The notes under the pieces are model-generated. The model did not search any database. It had not been told where the DNA came from and saw nothing but the letters and a program-made list of their open reading frames with translations. Positions 26,644 through 41,143 of a DNA stretch of 64,000 nucleotides are shown in pieces (within the stretch, counting starts at the first letter, position 1; each line of letters starts with the position of its first letter). Made by a program: the position numbers and the translations under genes. Source of the DNA: Spirochaetia bacterium (GTDB lineage Bacteria > Spirochaetota > Spirochaetia > SZUA-6 > Bin103); assembly GCA_965208575.1 (NCBI GenBank), contig CBDBOV010000005.1, positions 1,197,092-1,261,091 of the forward strand, in the 5' to 3' direction.

Positions 26644-27540
26644 CTACCAGCCGCGTACGGCGAGCTGTTCGGTGTCCGGTATTTCGCGCATGTCGAGACC
26701 CGGCATGGCGGCGCCGAGCCCGCGCGACGCCTCCGCCACGATCGCCGCGTCCCGGAAGTGGGTGGTGGCCTTGACGATCGCGCCGGCCATGCGTGCCGGC
26801 TGCTCGCTCTTGAAAATGCCGGAACCGACGAACACGCCGTCGACACCGAGTTGCATCATCAGCGCGGCGTCGGCCGGGGTGGCGATGCCGCCGGCCGCGA
26901 AGTTCACCACCGGCAGGCGGCCGTCGCGGCGCACGTCCTGCAGGAGCTGCAGGGGTGCTGCGAGCCGCTTTGCCTCGGCCATCAGTTCGGCGTCGTCCAG
27001 ACCGCCGACGCGGCGCAGCGCGCCGAGCACGGCGCGCGCGTGGCGCACCGCCTCCACGACGTTGCCGGTGCCCGCCTCGCCCTTGGTGCGGATCATCGCA
27101 GCACCCTCGCCGATGCGCCGCAGCGCCTCCCCCAGGTCGCGGCAGCCGCACACGAATGGCACGGTGAAGCCATGCTTCCACACGTGGTTCGTTTCGTCGG
27201 CCGGTGTGAGCACTTCCGACTCGTCGATGTAGTCGACGCCGAGCGCTTGGAGCACCTGGGCCTCCACGAAGTGGCCGATGCGGCACTTGGCCATGACCGG
27301 GATCGACACCGCCGCCTGGATCTCGGCGACCTTGGTCGGGTCTGCCATGCGCGCCACGCCGCCGGCGGCGCGAATCTCCGCCGGCACCCGCTCCAGCGCC
27401 ATCACCGCGCAGGCGCCGGCATCCTCGGCGATCCTGGCCTGATCGGCGGTCACCACGTCCATGATGACGCCGCCCTTGAGCATCTGCGCCAGGCCCACCT
27501 TTACCGTCCAGGTGCCGGTCTTCTTGTCGCCGTTTACCAC
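26644..27540 (-). CDS. pdxS: PLP synthase lyase subunit PdxS
   Basis: [58 protein letters not shown] start with GGGAG RBS. Confidence 0.97.
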   Translation of the reverse strand: MVNGDKKTGTWTVKVGLAQMLKGGVIMDVVTADQARIAEDAGACAVMALERVPAEIRAAGGVARMADPTKVAEIQAAVSIPVMAKCRIGHFVEAQVLQALGVDYIDESEVLTPADETNHVWKHGFTVPFVCGCRDLGEALRRIGEGAAMIRTKGEAGTGNVVEAVRHARAVLGALRRVGGLDDAELMAEAKRLAAPLQLLQDVRRDGRLPVVNFAAGGIATPADAALMMQLGVDGVFVGSGIFKSEQPARMAGAIVKATTHFRDAAIVAEASRGLGAAMPGLDMREIPDTEQLAVRGW

Positions 27541-27829
27541 GCTCTTTGTTCTCCCGCTTTCAGGCTGCCCGCCGTCGCGGCCGCCCGGACCGCCGTCCGG
27601 GGCGCGCCGCAGTGCCGCTTCGGGCACTCTCGGGCGGGTCCGTGGGGGACAATATAGGTCGCGATTCGCGCCGTTGACAACGCCGCCGGGCACCCGCCGA
27701 GCGACCGCGGAGCGACCGGAACGGTACGGCTGCGGTGAGATTGGCCGTGGCCCGGCGCGCGGCCGCGGGCGCGCTGCGGACGCGCCGCGGACTCGTCACG
27801 GCGGCTGCAATTCCGTTACCGTAGATGGC

Positions 27830-28537
27830 ATGGAGGTAACGGCTTCCAACGAGCAGGCGGTGCGCCGGCGGCTGGCGGACGTTCGCGTCCGGGTGGCGGC
27901 CGCGGCGCGCCGCGGCGGCCGGCCGGCGCAGCAGGTGCGGGTGATGGCGGTCACCAAGACCCGGTCGCGTGCGGAGGCCGCGGCGGCTCTGGCAGCCGGC
28001 GCCGACCTGGTCGGCGAGAATCGCGTGCAGGAGGCGGCGGCGAAGTTCGCACCGCTTCCCGATTTCGAGCTGCACCTGATCGGACACCTGCAGCGCAACA
28101 AGGCACGCGCTGCGGCGCGCCTGTTCCATGCCGTGCAGTCGATCGACAAGTTCGCCACCGCCGCGGCGCTGCAGCGGGCGCTGGACGTGGACAATCGGAC
28201 CATGGACGTGCTGCTGGAACTGAACACCAGCGGCGAACCCGGCAAGCACGGATTTCGCACCGCCGCCGAGTTGCGGCGCGCCCTCGACGCGATGGCCGTG
28301 TGCGGCCGGCTGCGCATCCGGGGACTGATGACCATGGCGGCGTGGCGCGCCGATCCGGAAGCCGTGCGCCGCAGCTTCCGTTCCCTGCGGCGGCTGTTCG
28401 ACGAATTGGCGCCGGGCCGCCCCGGTTTCGACACGCTGTCGATGGGCATGAGCGGCGACTACGAGATCGCCGTCGAGGAGGGTGCCACGTTGGTGCGCCT
28501 CGGCAGCGTCCTGTTCGGACCCCGTCCCGCGCCATGA
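27830..28537 (+). CDS. yggS: YggS family PLP-binding protein
   Basis: AVTKT, GENRVQEA, HLIGHLQRNK, GLMTM, LSMGMSGDYEIAVEEGATLVRLGS. Confidence 0.95.
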   Translation: MEVTASNEQAVRRRLADVRVRVAAAARRGGRPAQQVRVMAVTKTRSRAEAAAALAAGADLVGENRVQEAAAKFAPLPDFELHLIGHLQRNKARAAARLFHAVQSIDKFATAAALQRALDVDNRTMDVLLELNTSGEPGKHGFRTAAELRRALDAMAVCGRLRIRGLMTMAAWRADPEAVRRSFRSLRRLFDELAPGRPGFDTLSMGMSGDYEIAVEEGATLVRLGSVLFGPRPAP

Positions 28538-29046
28538 AACGTGCGCGCCGGATGGCGCTGCTGCTGGCCGTACTGACGGCGGGCGCCGCCGTGCAGACGC
28601 CCGCGCAGGAGCAGGCGCCGACCCCGGAGCCCTATACCAGGGGAGAGTTCAGCGCGTCGGTGCAGGCGCTGCGCCGGGCCGAGATCATCGCCGTGGGAGC
28701 ATTTCCGTTCACGCTCTTGTTCACCATTCTCGTTTACGACTATGCGCGCTGGGCCGGGCAAGGGTTTGCCGTGGAGGAGGCACCGTTCCGGCGGCCCGCC
28801 GGCGAGGACCCGTTCAGCAACGACGAGAAGGTCGCCATCGCCATCAGTGCGGCCGGCGTGGCGATGGCGGTGGCCGCTGCCGACTACCTGCTCGGACGCG
28901 CCGAGGCCGCGCAGCCGCCGGCGGTCGGGGCGCCCGCGGCGGCGCACGCGCGCGCCGGCTCCCCCGCCGACCAGCCGCTGTCGCACGCCGGCGTGCTGCC
29001 GGTTTCGCTCGCGACCGTGATGATTCCCCCCGCCGTGCGGCCATGA
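28534..29046 (+). CDS. Conserved hypothetical membrane protein (spirochaete-type)
   Basis: Signal peptide, PEPY...EF....LRRAEIIAVGAFPF, two TM segments. Coupled to both neighbours. Confidence 0.7.
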   Translation: MKRARRMALLLAVLTAGAAVQTPAQEQAPTPEPYTRGEFSASVQALRRAEIIAVGAFPFTLLFTILVYDYARWAGQGFAVEEAPFRRPAGEDPFSNDEKVAIAISAAGVAMAVAAADYLLGRAEAAQPPAVGAPAAAHARAGSPADQPLSHAGVLPVSLATVMIPPAVRP

Positions 29047-29951
29047 GCGGTGCCGACGCGACCCTGACCACCGTGCACCTCGTGGTAGACGGCAGCGGAG
29101 CGGGCGAGCGCGCCGACCGCTACCTGGGCGAACGCGTGGGCGTCACTTCGCGCAGCCAGTTGCAGTTGCGCCTCGCCGATTTGCGCGTCAACGATCGTGC
29201 GGCAAAACCGAGCACTCGTTTGAATTGCGGGGACCAGGTGGTAGTGGTGTTGCGCTCGGCGCCGGTGATGGTGGCGCTGCCGGAGCCGCTGTCGCTGGAC
29301 GTGCTGTACGAAGACGACGACGTCGTGGTCATCGACAAGCCGAGCGGCATGGTGGTGCATCCGGGCAGCGGCAATCGCGGCGGCACGCTGGTGAACGGCC
29401 TGCTGTACCGGTATCGCGAGTTGGCCGCGCGATTCCCCGACACCCCGCGCCCCGGCATCGTGCACCGCCTGGACAAGGACACCTCCGGGGTGATGGTGGT
29501 GGCCCGGCACGGCGCGGCGCATGCCTGGCTCGCCCGCCAGTTCAGCGCGCGTACCGTGGGCAAGCGGTACCTGGCCTGGGTCGCCGGCCGGCCCGTGCCG
29601 GCCGCCGGCCGCATCGCGACGCGGCTGCGTCGTGATGCGAAAAACCCGCTGCGAGTGCGGGTCAGCCGCGAGATCGGCAAGCTGGCGGTTACCCGCTACC
29701 GCGTATGCGAGAGCAGCGGCGACGCTTCGCTGATGGCGCTGCGTCCGCTCACCGGGCGCACCCATCAACTGCGCGCCCACATGCGATGGCTCGGCCACCC
29801 GATTCTCGGCGACCCGCTGTATGCCGGTCGCGCCAAGGGCACCGCGCCGCGCCTGCTGTTGCACGCCCACCGCCTCGCCATCGTGCTGCCCGGCGGTACC
29901 GCGCGCACGGTGTTCGAGGCGCCGCCGCCGCCCGGCTTCGGTCGTCCTTAG
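29043..29951 (+). CDS. rluD: RluA/RluD family pseudouridine synthase
   Basis: S4-like N-terminus, KPSGMVVHPG, GIVHRLDKDTSG, TGRTHQLRAH, GDPLY. Confidence 0.92.
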   Translation: MSGADATLTTVHLVVDGSGAGERADRYLGERVGVTSRSQLQLRLADLRVNDRAAKPSTRLNCGDQVVVVLRSAPVMVALPEPLSLDVLYEDDDVVVIDKPSGMVVHPGSGNRGGTLVNGLLYRYRELAARFPDTPRPGIVHRLDKDTSGVMVVARHGAAHAWLARQFSARTVGKRYLAWVAGRPVPAAGRIATRLRRDAKNPLRVRVSREIGKLAVTRYRVCESSGDASLMALRPLTGRTHQLRAHMRWLGHPILGDPLYAGRAKGTAPRLLLHAHRLAIVLPGGTARTVFEAPPPPGFGRP

Positions 29952-30619
29952 CCGTCCGTGGCGGAGTCCGGTGTCGCACCGAGAGCGCGGCTTGCAAAGC
30001 GCCCGGTGTCTCGCGGCGGGCTGGCGGGCCGCAGTGCCTGTTCCGCGTCCGCCGCGGGGCGGTGCAGGGCGGGATTGAACGTGCGCTCGGTGCCGACCGT
30101 CGTCGGCGGGCCGTGGCCGGGAAGAATCGTCACGCGGTCGGGAAGGCACAGGACCCGTTCGCGAAGCGCTGCCACCAGCGTGGCGTGAGCGGCAGCGGTG
30201 GGCGTGTTGCCGGCCGCTCCCGCGAGCAGCGCGTCGCCGCTGAACAACAGGTCACCGGTGCGGAACGCCACGCAGTCGCCGGCATGCCCCGGCAGCTCGA
30301 TCACTTCGAATGCACGTGCTCCCACCACGACCTCGTCACCGTGGCGCACGCGGCGGCAGGGGACGCCGATCCTGGCCGCGGCATGCGCGTACACGTGCGC
30401 GCGGTATACGCTCAGTACCGTCTCCAGCCCGCCCCGGTGCGCGCGATGTGCGTGCGTGAGCAGCACCGCGGCGATCTCCAGTCCGGCGTTCTCGATGCGC
30501 GCCAACAAACTCGCCGGAAAGTGTCCGGGATCGATCATCGCCGCCTCGGAGCCGGTATCGGGACCGACGACGTAGGTGGTGGCGAACCCGGTCCTGGCGC
30601 AGCAGGCAATCAGGTGCAT
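29948..30619 (-). CDS. MBL-fold metallo-hydrolase
   Basis: IDPG, LTHAHRAH, PGHAGD, FSGDAL, PGHGPPTTVGTE. Confidence 0.85.
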   Translation of the reverse strand: MHLIACCARTGFATTYVVGPDTGSEAAMIDPGHFPASLLARIENAGLEIAAVLLTHAHRAHRGGLETVLSVYRAHVYAHAAARIGVPCRRVRHGDEVVVGARAFEVIELPGHAGDCVAFRTGDLLFSGDALLAGAAGNTPTAAAHATLVAALRERVLCLPDRVTILPGHGPPTTVGTERTFNPALHRPAADAEQALRPASPPRDTGRFASRALGATPDSATDG

Positions 30620-31201
30620 CTACAGGTGTGCTTCGCCGGTGTTGCTGAAGCGCAGGTCCACGCCGGTCATGACACTCGCCGTGAAGTGCGCGTGATACAG
30701 GTCGCAATCCTGCAAGTCGACCCGCTGCAGCCGTGCGCCTATGAAGCGGCACAAGCTGAGATCGCTGCCGCGAAAGCTGCAATCGGTGCAGCGCACCCCA
30801 ACGAAGTTGTTGCGCGGCAGGTCCGACTCGTCGAACCGGCTGTCGCTGATTTCCGCGCCGGCGAACAGCGACAGCGTAATCGCTGCGCCGCGCAGCGAGC
30901 AGGATCGCAGGCAGGAGAAGTCCAGGTGCACGTGTCGGAGCCGTGCTCCGTCGAGGCGCACGTTGGTCCACGCCGAGCCCGACAGGCGGCAGCCGATCAT
31001 CTCGCGCCCGCGCAAGTCGAGGTCGCGGCACCGCACGCCGCTGAGGTTGACGTCCCGCAGGCGCCGCGACTGTGCGAGCAGTGCCGCGGCTTCGGCTTCA
31101 AAGGCGGTGCGGTCCGGGCAATGGGCGGCGCACCGGTCACGCCGGTATACCGCGTACGCGTCACATCCCGGGTGCCGGCAGGGCGGGAAGCGGGCCACCA
31201 T
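30620..31201 (-). CDS. Pentapeptide-repeat protein with N-terminal Cys/His motif
   Basis: CRHPGC...CAAHC followed by (A/S)xLxx/xFxx pentapeptide repeats. Confidence 0.85.
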   Translation of the reverse strand: MVARFPPCRHPGCDAYAVYRRDRCAAHCPDRTAFEAEAAALLAQSRRLRDVNLSGVRCRDLDLRGREMIGCRLSGSAWTNVRLDGARLRHVHLDFSCLRSCSLRGAAITLSLFAGAEISDSRFDESDLPRNNFVGVRCTDCSFRGSDLSLCRFIGARLQRVDLQDCDLYHAHFTASVMTGVDLRFSNTGEAHL

Positions 31202-31292
31202 GCCGCCAAGCTACGCCAACTGCGCACGCTGCACAACCGGCGCGCGCAGGCGGGCGGTTGGGCATGCCGCCGTTCATGGCTATCATGGTCGC

Positions 31293-32267
31293 GTGCTTGG
31301 CCAGGTTGCCAGCGGCATCAACAACATCTTTCACGTGCGCGTGGTGGCGGAGCAGGCGGCGCCGACCGATGCGGCGGTCGCGGCGGGAGCCACCATAGAG
31401 TGCCGGATCATGGGCAAGGTGCTCGGTGGCAGGCAGCCGGTGGCCGACTACGCCTACAATCCGCTTGCGCCCGGCGATTGGGTTACCATCGCCGTGGACG
31501 CGCACGTGCCGCGGCAGGGCTGGATCCTGGAACGCCGCCCCCGTACCTCCGCTATCCGGCGCTGGAACCGCAAGCGGCAGGCTCCGCAGACGCTCGCCGC
31601 CAACGTCGACCGGCTGGCGGCGGTCGGCTCGTTCGCCGCGCCGCCGTTCCGGCCCCGGTTCCTCGACCGGCTGCTGCTGTGCGGCGAGCTCGGCGACGCC
31701 GACCCGGTGCTGATCGTCAACAAGGAAGATCTCGGCAGCACGCCGGCGATCGACCGCCGGCTGGCCAGCTATCGGGCGATGGGCTATGAGGTGATCACCT
31801 GCTCGGCGGTTACCGGCGGCGGCATCCCGGCGCTGCGCGACCTGCTGGCCGGCGACTCGCTGGTGGCCGTTGTCGGTCAATCGGGGGTGGGCAAATCGGC
31901 GTTGCTCAACCGGCTCGAACCGGCGCAGCGGCGCCTGGAGGGCGAACTGTCGCGCAAGTACGACCGCGGCGCGCACACCACCCGCTACGGCGAGGTGGTC
32001 AGCACGGCGGCGGGAGTGCTGGTGATCGACACGCCCGGCATCCGCGAACTGGAGATAACCGACATCGAGCCGCACGAACTGCGCCTCTGGTATCGCGACT
32101 TTCTGCCCTACGTGGAGCAGTGCGAGTTTCCCGGCTGTCTGTGCGAGCATGAACCGGGCTGCGCGGTGCGCGCCGCGCTGGCGCGCGGGGAGATCCACCG
32201 TGACCGGCACCGAGGCTACCTGCGCGTTCTGGCGGAGCTCAAGGACGCGGTAGCGGCGCGCCGCTGA
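31293..32267 (+). CDS. rsgA: Ribosome small subunit-dependent GTPase A
   Basis: AANVD, NKED, GQSGVGKS, GAHTT, DTPG, C-terminal CEFPGCLCEHEPGCAV. Start approximate. Confidence 0.93.
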   Translation: MLGQVASGINNIFHVRVVAEQAAPTDAAVAAGATIECRIMGKVLGGRQPVADYAYNPLAPGDWVTIAVDAHVPRQGWILERRPRTSAIRRWNRKRQAPQTLAANVDRLAAVGSFAAPPFRPRFLDRLLLCGELGDADPVLIVNKEDLGSTPAIDRRLASYRAMGYEVITCSAVTGGGIPALRDLLAGDSLVAVVGQSGVGKSALLNRLEPAQRRLEGELSRKYDRGAHTTRYGEVVSTAAGVLVIDTPGIRELEITDIEPHELRLWYRDFLPYVEQCEFPGCLCEHEPGCAVRAALARGEIHRDRHRGYLRVLAELKDAVAARR

Positions 32268-32269
32268 GC

Positions 32270-34693
32270 ATGGATCCGCACGCCGTCGCCATTCTGGAGT
32301 TCGACCGCCTGCGTGCCGAGCTGGCGGAATACTGCCTGTCGCCGGCCGGTGCGGACGCGGTCATGCGCGAGCCGTTCATCCGCGACCGTGCCGTACACCG
32401 GGAGTTGCTCGCCGACGTGGGCGCGCTGCGCGCGTTGCTCGAGGCGGACCGGCTGCCGGCTGACGTCGACCTGCCGGAGGTCGACGACGCGGTACGGCTG
32501 CTGGACAAGGACGGCACCGTGCTGGAGCCGGACGCCGCCGCCCGCCTGGGCCGCTTCCTGCGCGCGGCGTGCAGGTTGCGCCGGGCCCTGCGGCCGCGCG
32601 CCGGGGAGCGCGGCACGGCGGCGATCGCGCGCATCGCGCCGCTGCTCGACGCGGCGCGCGAAGTCGAGCAGTTGCCGGCCGCGATCTTCCGCGTCGTGGA
32701 CCCGGACGGCACCGTTCGGGAGCGCCAACTGCCCACGCTGGCCTCGATTCGGGCGCGCATCCGGCGCCTGGCCGGCGACGTGCAGCGCGCCGCGCGCCGC
32801 TACTTCGCGGCGCCCGAGTTTCGCGGCGTCGTGAACGGCGATCGCGCCACCGAGCGCGGCGGACGCACCGTGATACCGGTCAAGGTGAACCACCAGCGCC
32901 GCGTGCCCGGCGTCATCCATGAGGTGTCCGCGAGCGGAGCGACGGTGTTCATCGAGCCGGAGGAGAGCATCCGCGCCGGCCACCGCATTGCCGAGGAGCA
33001 ACTTGCCTACCGCCGCGAGCTGCGCCGCATCATGCGCGAGCTGACCGCGCAGGTCGCCGTGCACGGCGTCGAGATAGGCGCCACGGTCGCGGCCCTGGTT
33101 GCCTACGACGTGCGCTATGCGCGGGCCAGGTACGCGCGCCTGCACCGCTGCGCTCCCGCGCACACCGGCAGCGGCGAGGTCGATCTGCGCGCGGCGCGCC
33201 ACCCGCTGCTCGGCGCCGCCGCGGTGCCGATCGACATCCGCTGGGGCGGCGCGCGGCGCGTGCTGATCGTGACCGGCCCCAACACCGGCGGCAAGACGGT
33301 GGCGTTGAAGACGGTCGGTCTGCTCGCTCTCATGAACCACTTCGCGATGGAGGTACCGGCGGCGGCGCCAAGCGTCCTGCCGTGGCTGGATCAGGTGCTG
33401 TGCGACGTCGGCGACGAACAGTCGATCGCGCAGTCGCTGTCGACGTTCTCCGGCCACGTGCGCCAGGTCGCGCGCATTCTCGGCAGCGCTTCCGGCAACT
33501 CGCTGGTGCTGCTTGACGAGTTGGGTGCCGGAACCGATCCGGAAGAAGGCGTGACGCTGGCCATGGCGGTTCTGGACAGCTTGATTACCAGAGGCGCCCT
33601 GGTCGCCGTCACAACGCACCACGGTGCACTCAAGAACTACGGCTACGTGAACCCGGCGGTCGAGAACGCGGCGATGGAGTTCGATCTGCAATCGCTGCGG
33701 CCCACGTACCGGCTGCTGTCGGGTATTCCGGGCGAGAGCCACGCGCTGGAGATTGCGCGTCGCCAGGGCATCGGCGACCGCATCGTCGCGGCCGCCCGCA
33801 CCTACCTGGCCGAGGGGCGCACCGACAGCGGCGAGATGATCCGTTCGCTGACGGCGCGGGAGCATGAGTTGCGCGACGTTGCCGAGCGGCACGAGAGGTC
33901 GCACGCGGAGTTGCGGCAGCGCGCCCGCGAGGTGGCAGCCCGGGAACAGCGGCTTGCCGCCCGCGAGCGCGAGTTGCGCGCCGCCGAGAACCGCGACCTG
34001 CGCGTATTCCTGCGCGAGAGCCGGCGCACACTGGAGGGCGCCATCCGCGAGCTGCGCGAACGCGGCCGGTCGGGCGGGGATTGGCGCGCCGCCGCCGCGG
34101 CCGCGCGCGAGGTGGTCGAGCAGGTAGCCGTGCAAGCCGCGCCTGCGCAGCCGGGCTCGGCAGCGGCACCGGCAGCGCCGTCCGGGGGCGTCCCCGAACC
34201 GGCCGCCGCCGGCGCCGGCGCTGGCGCGCGCTCGGCGCCGGCACCGCTCGCGGTCGGCGCGCGGGTGCGCATTGCGGCAAGCGGGCGGCCCGGCGAAGTG
34301 GTGCGCGCCGGGCGGCGCGGCTCCTGGGTGGTGCAGACCGGCAGCGTGCGCGGTACCTTCCGCTCCGAGGAGCTGGTGGCGGACGCCGCCGCAGCGCCGG
34401 CGGCGGCGCCGGACCGGCCGCACGTCGAGGTGAACACGTCCGGCACCCGCCCGCTGGCTGAGCTCAACGTGCGCGGGTTGCGGCTCGACGAAGCATTGGC
34501 GGCCGTGGAACGGCAGGTGGACGGCGCCCTGCTGGCCGGGCTGCGGCACTGCGCGATCGTGCACGGCCGGGGAGAAGGTGTTCTCCGTCATGGCATCCAC
34601 CAGTATCTTGAGCGCCGACGCGAGGTGGTCGAGTTCGAGCCCGCGGAGCACCGCGACGGCGGCGACGGCAAGACCATCGTGAAGCTTGGGTGA
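32270..34693 (+). CDS. mutS2: Endonuclease MutS2
   Basis: [50 protein letters not shown]-terminal Smr domain ([16 protein letters not shown]). Confidence 0.95.
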   Translation: MDPHAVAILEFDRLRAELAEYCLSPAGADAVMREPFIRDRAVHRELLADVGALRALLEADRLPADVDLPEVDDAVRLLDKDGTVLEPDAAARLGRFLRAACRLRRALRPRAGERGTAAIARIAPLLDAAREVEQLPAAIFRVVDPDGTVRERQLPTLASIRARIRRLAGDVQRAARRYFAAPEFRGVVNGDRATERGGRTVIPVKVNHQRRVPGVIHEVSASGATVFIEPEESIRAGHRIAEEQLAYRRELRRIMRELTAQVAVHGVEIGATVAALVAYDVRYARARYARLHRCAPAHTGSGEVDLRAARHPLLGAAAVPIDIRWGGARRVLIVTGPNTGGKTVALKTVGLLALMNHFAMEVPAAAPSVLPWLDQVLCDVGDEQSIAQSLSTFSGHVRQVARILGSASGNSLVLLDELGAGTDPEEGVTLAMAVLDSLITRGALVAVTTHHGALKNYGYVNPAVENAAMEFDLQSLRPTYRLLSGIPGESHALEIARRQGIGDRIVAAARTYLAEGRTDSGEMIRSLTAREHELRDVAERHERSHAELRQRAREVAAREQRLAARERELRAAENRDLRVFLRESRRTLEGAIRELRERGRSGGDWRAAAAAAREVVEQVAVQAAPAQPGSAAAPAAPSGGVPEPAAAGAGAGARSAPAPLAVGARVRIAASGRPGEVVRAGRRGSWVVQTGSVRGTFRSEELVADAAAAPAAAPDRPHVEVNTSGTRPLAELNVRGLRLDEALAAVERQVDGALLAGLRHCAIVHGRGEGVLRHGIHQYLERRREVVEFEPAEHRDGGDGKTIVKLG

Positions 34694-34754
34694 CGGTGAA
34701 ACTTGCGTGACCGAGACTTGCGTGGATGCACTGACCCGAGATGGTGAACCCGGC

Positions 34755-37754
<3,000 letters not shown>

Positions 37755-37843
37755 GCGGTCCGGCGGTCACGGAGCGTACCACCGGGCGCCGCCGCGGGCG
37801 GCCTTGTGGTGCCGGCCGGCGCGCCGCCGGCGCCGCGTGCGCG

Positions 37844-40800
37844 GTGCTGCTGACCGCCATGCCGTACCTGCTCGGCGCCCAGTCCGAGCCGCCGGCCGCC
37901 GGCGCGCCGCCGGCCGGCGGGCAGGAGCGCCTGCTGTCGCCGTCCGGCCAGGCGCTGGTACGCGCGACGCTGTCCGAGCGCATCGCGGGGGCCGGCTACT
38001 TCGAGTTGCTCGACGAGTTGCGCGTGCTCGGCCTGGACGACCGCGGCACGCGGGCGGAGCTGGCCGCGCGCCTGCGCGGCCACTACGGCCTGCCCGCTCC
38101 GCGGGCCGCCGCCGGCGAGCCGTCCGAGGTGGTGCAGGTGCGGCAGGCCGGGTACGCGGAATATGTCACCTCGCCGGACACCGGGGCCGACTCGGTCGCC
38201 CTGCGCGGCGCCGTCGAGGTGGTGGTGCGCAAGACCGATCCGGACACCGTGCACGTGATCCGCGCCGACGAGGTGATTCACGACCGCGCGGCGCGCCTGC
38301 TCACGGCACGCGGCGACGTCTCCTACGAGGTAGTGCAGGAGGATGAAGAGGCGCAGTCGGTGAGCGCCGCGTCCATGTCGTTCGACTTGCACAGTTCCAA
38401 GGCGGTATTCGTGGACGCGACCACCCGGCAACGGCGCCGCGGCGAGTCCGGACCGCTCACCTTCACGTTCAACGCCGCCGCCATCACCCGGCTGACCGAC
38501 GGCACCATTGTCCTCGACGACGTCAGCTTCTCGTCGAGCCCCGATCCGATTCGGCCCAACTACGAGGTGCGCGCGCAGCGCATGTGGCTGCTCGCGCCCG
38601 GCGAGTGGGCGATGCAGTCCGCCACCCTGCGCGTCGGCCGCGTGCCGCTGTTCTACCTGCCGTACTTCGTGTGGCCGGGCGATGAACTGGTGTTCCATCC
38701 CGCGCTCGGCGTGCGCGACCGCGAGGGGCTGTTTCTCAACACCACGCTGTATCTGATCGGCCGCCGCAAGCGCGACGCGGATCCGTTTTCGGTCCTCAGC
38801 CTGACCGATCCGGGCAACTACCGCGAGGAGCTGCGCGGCATGTTCCTGCGCAAGATTCGCGGCCAGGATCCACGCAGCGAGGAGCACTACCTGAAGCTGA
38901 TGCTGGACCTGTATTCCCGCCTGGGCGTGTTTACCGGCGTCGCCGCCACGCTGCCGGTGGCCGGCGTGGGAGAGGCGAGTTTCCAGCTCGGCGCGGCGCG
39001 CTCGCGCAGCATATTCTATCGTCCGGCGCAAGGCGGATACACGGTGCTCGACGAGAGCGGGCGCTCACATTGGAACGATGCCACGCTGTTCGGCACGTCG
39101 TTCCCGCTGCGCTACGGGATCGAGCTTGCCGGCAACGCGCGCATTCGAGGCAGCTCGCTACGCGCGCGCATGGAAGTGTTCTCGGATCCCGACTTCCTGC
39201 GCGACTTCGGCAACCGCGAGGAGCGGATCGACTGGCCGGGGTTGCTCGGTTTCGAGGGCGGCGACGACGGCGCTCCGGGCCGACGGTCCAGCCTGACCTG
39301 GGAGGTGGTGGGCAGCGCCGACCTGAACGAACTGCTGGCCGGCGGCGCGCGCCCGCCGCTGCTGCAACGGGCGAGGATCACCAACGCCGGCGTGCGCTGG
39401 CTGTGGCAGAGCCGCGCCGATCCGGCGGTGCCGCTCAACGATCCGGATCCGACCCGCTGGTTCTTCTACCCCGCGACCCTGCGCGTGCCGGCGGCCGCGC
39501 AAGTGAGCGGGACGTTCTGGCAGTGGCCGGCGCCGCCGGCGTCCGAGCCGTCCGGGGAGACGCCCGCGCCGGCAGCGGTGGCGGGCCGCGGCCTGCGCCG
39601 CGCCGACGCGCCGCCGGCGCGGGCGGACGCAGGCGAGCCGGACGCGGACGATTCGCCGCCGCGCGCCGCGGCCGGCGCGGGCCGGGCGCCGCCGGCGCGC
39701 CACGACCAGTATCGCGCGCCGGCGGCGCCGCCGGTCGCGGCCGTGGCGCCGCCCGCGACGGCTCGCATCGGCTATCAGCTGACTCCCGGCGTCACCGTGG
39801 AGGCGACCTACGGCAGCGATGCCTGGCGGGCCGCGGACGATGTCGACTTCGCGCTCGAATCGATTGTCGTGCGCGGTGAACACACCAGCCGCCTCGAGCA
39901 GAGCCTCGATCTGTACGGCGGGCTGTTCAGCTTCGACCACGGGTTGCGGCACAGTCTGACCGTGCTGCTGCCGCACCGGCGCAGCGCCCTCGCCGACGCC
40001 GCCGCCTGGCAAGAGCTGGTGGAGCAGAGTCGCCAGCGCTCGCGTGCCAACCTGCACCTCACCAACCGGTTCACGTGGCGCCCGGTGCGCCATATCGCCG
40101 CCTGGCAGGACTCCAGCATCACTTACGACATCGACCTGCGGCTTCTCAACGTGGTCTATCACGCGCCGAGCAGGGCGTACCGTACCCGGCCCGGCGGGTG
40201 GGACGCCGATGGCGTCTCCCGCCATCGGCTGCAGACGGCTGCCGTCTGGAAGGTCGGTGATCATCCGCAACGGCTCACGCTGGCCGGCGACCTGCCGCCG
40301 CGCCCGCTCCTGCTCAGCGCACAACTCGATCTGCAAGCGGGTGTGGCTACCGCCGGCGCCGTGCTGCGGGCACGCTGCCAGGACGCCCACCGGACGCTCG
40401 GCGAGTGCCCCAAGCTGGTCCCCGATCCCCTGTCGGTGAGCGTCGGGGTATCCCCGTTCCCGCCGCTGTCCATCGCCGAGCGGGTAGCCATAGACCTGGT
40501 CCGGTCGCAGTTCGAACGGTCGGAGACGACCGTCAGTCTCGCCGGCTTGAGCGCATCGCTCATCGCCGTGCGTCCGCAGCCGGACGAACCGCTGCAGGCG
40601 CGCCAGTTGCGCCTCGGTTATTCCGAGTCGTTCGGTCCTCACTACGAGTGGCGCAACCGCATCCGGGTCGGTTTTTCCCCATCCACGAGCTGGACAGTCG
40701 ATTTCGTGGAGCCACGGCGCAGCCGCTTCACGTTCACCACCGCTCTCACCGTGGCGGTTCACGAGTTCCTCGACCTCTCGTTCCGGACCTCGTCGAGCAA

Positions 40801-41143
40801 CGACCGCACCTATTGTTACGTGGCGGCGTGGGCGGACGATGCCTGCACCACGCGCGATCCGGTCGAGGACTTGTGGTGGTCGCTGGCGTTCTGGGACGAG
40901 GACAAGCGCCGCCAATCCAGCTTCAAGGTCGACCGCATCAGCCTGAGCGCCGTCCATCACCTGGAGGACTGGGATCTGAGCCTCGAATACTCCGCCCGTC
41001 CGGTGGCGAGGGAGGGAGGCTTTCGGGAGTTCTCTTCCGAATTCTCCATCTTCGTGCAGTGGATTCCGGTGCCCGAGATCCGCGGCCGCGTGGGCGGCGA
41101 CGACGATGCCATTTTTCTCGGCGAATCCGCGGACGAGTCTTGA
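37844..41143 (+). CDS. lptD: LPS-assembly protein LptD (spirochaete type)
   Basis: OstA-like N-domain (LRGAVEV..IRADEV..LTARGDV), WLLAPGEW..LRVGRVPLFYLP..FHPALG.R.REG, long beta-barrel C-terminus. True start may be upstream. Confidence 0.75.
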   Translation: MLLTAMPYLLGAQSEPPAAGAPPAGGQERLLSPSGQALVRATLSERIAGAGYFELLDELRVLGLDDRGTRAELAARLRGHYGLPAPRAAAGEPSEVVQVRQAGYAEYVTSPDTGADSVALRGAVEVVVRKTDPDTVHVIRADEVIHDRAARLLTARGDVSYEVVQEDEEAQSVSAASMSFDLHSSKAVFVDATTRQRRRGESGPLTFTFNAAAITRLTDGTIVLDDVSFSSSPDPIRPNYEVRAQRMWLLAPGEWAMQSATLRVGRVPLFYLPYFVWPGDELVFHPALGVRDREGLFLNTTLYLIGRRKRDADPFSVLSLTDPGNYREELRGMFLRKIRGQDPRSEEHYLKLMLDLYSRLGVFTGVAATLPVAGVGEASFQLGAARSRSIFYRPAQGGYTVLDESGRSHWNDATLFGTSFPLRYGIELAGNARIRGSSLRARMEVFSDPDFLRDFGNREERIDWPGLLGFEGGDDGAPGRRSSLTWEVVGSADLNELLAGGARPPLLQRARITNAGVRWLWQSRADPAVPLNDPDPTRWFFYPATLRVPAAAQVSGTFWQWPAPPASEPSGETPAPAAVAGRGLRRADAPPARADAGEPDADDSPPRAAAGAGRAPPARHDQYRAPAAPPVAAVAPPATARIGYQLTPGVTVEATYGSDAWRAADDVDFALESIVVRGEHTSRLEQSLDLYGGLFSFDHGLRHSLTVLLPHRRSALADAAAWQELVEQSRQRSRANLHLTNRFTWRPVRHIAAWQDSSITYDIDLRLLNVVYHAPSRAYRTRPGGWDADGVSRHRLQTAAVWKVGDHPQRLTLAGDLPPRPLLLSAQLDLQAGVATAGAVLRARCQDAHRTLGECPKLVPDPLSVSVGVSPFPPLSIAERVAIDLVRSQFERSETTVSLAGLSASLIAVRPQPDEPLQARQLRLGYSESFGPHYEWRNRIRVGFSPSTSWTVDFVEPRRSRFTFTTALTVAVHEFLDLSFRTSSSNDRTYCYVAAWADDACTTRDPVEDLWWSLAFWDEDKRRQSSFKVDRISLSAVHHLEDWDLSLEYSARPVAREGGFREFSSEFSIFVQWIPVPEIRGRVGGDDDAIFLGESADES

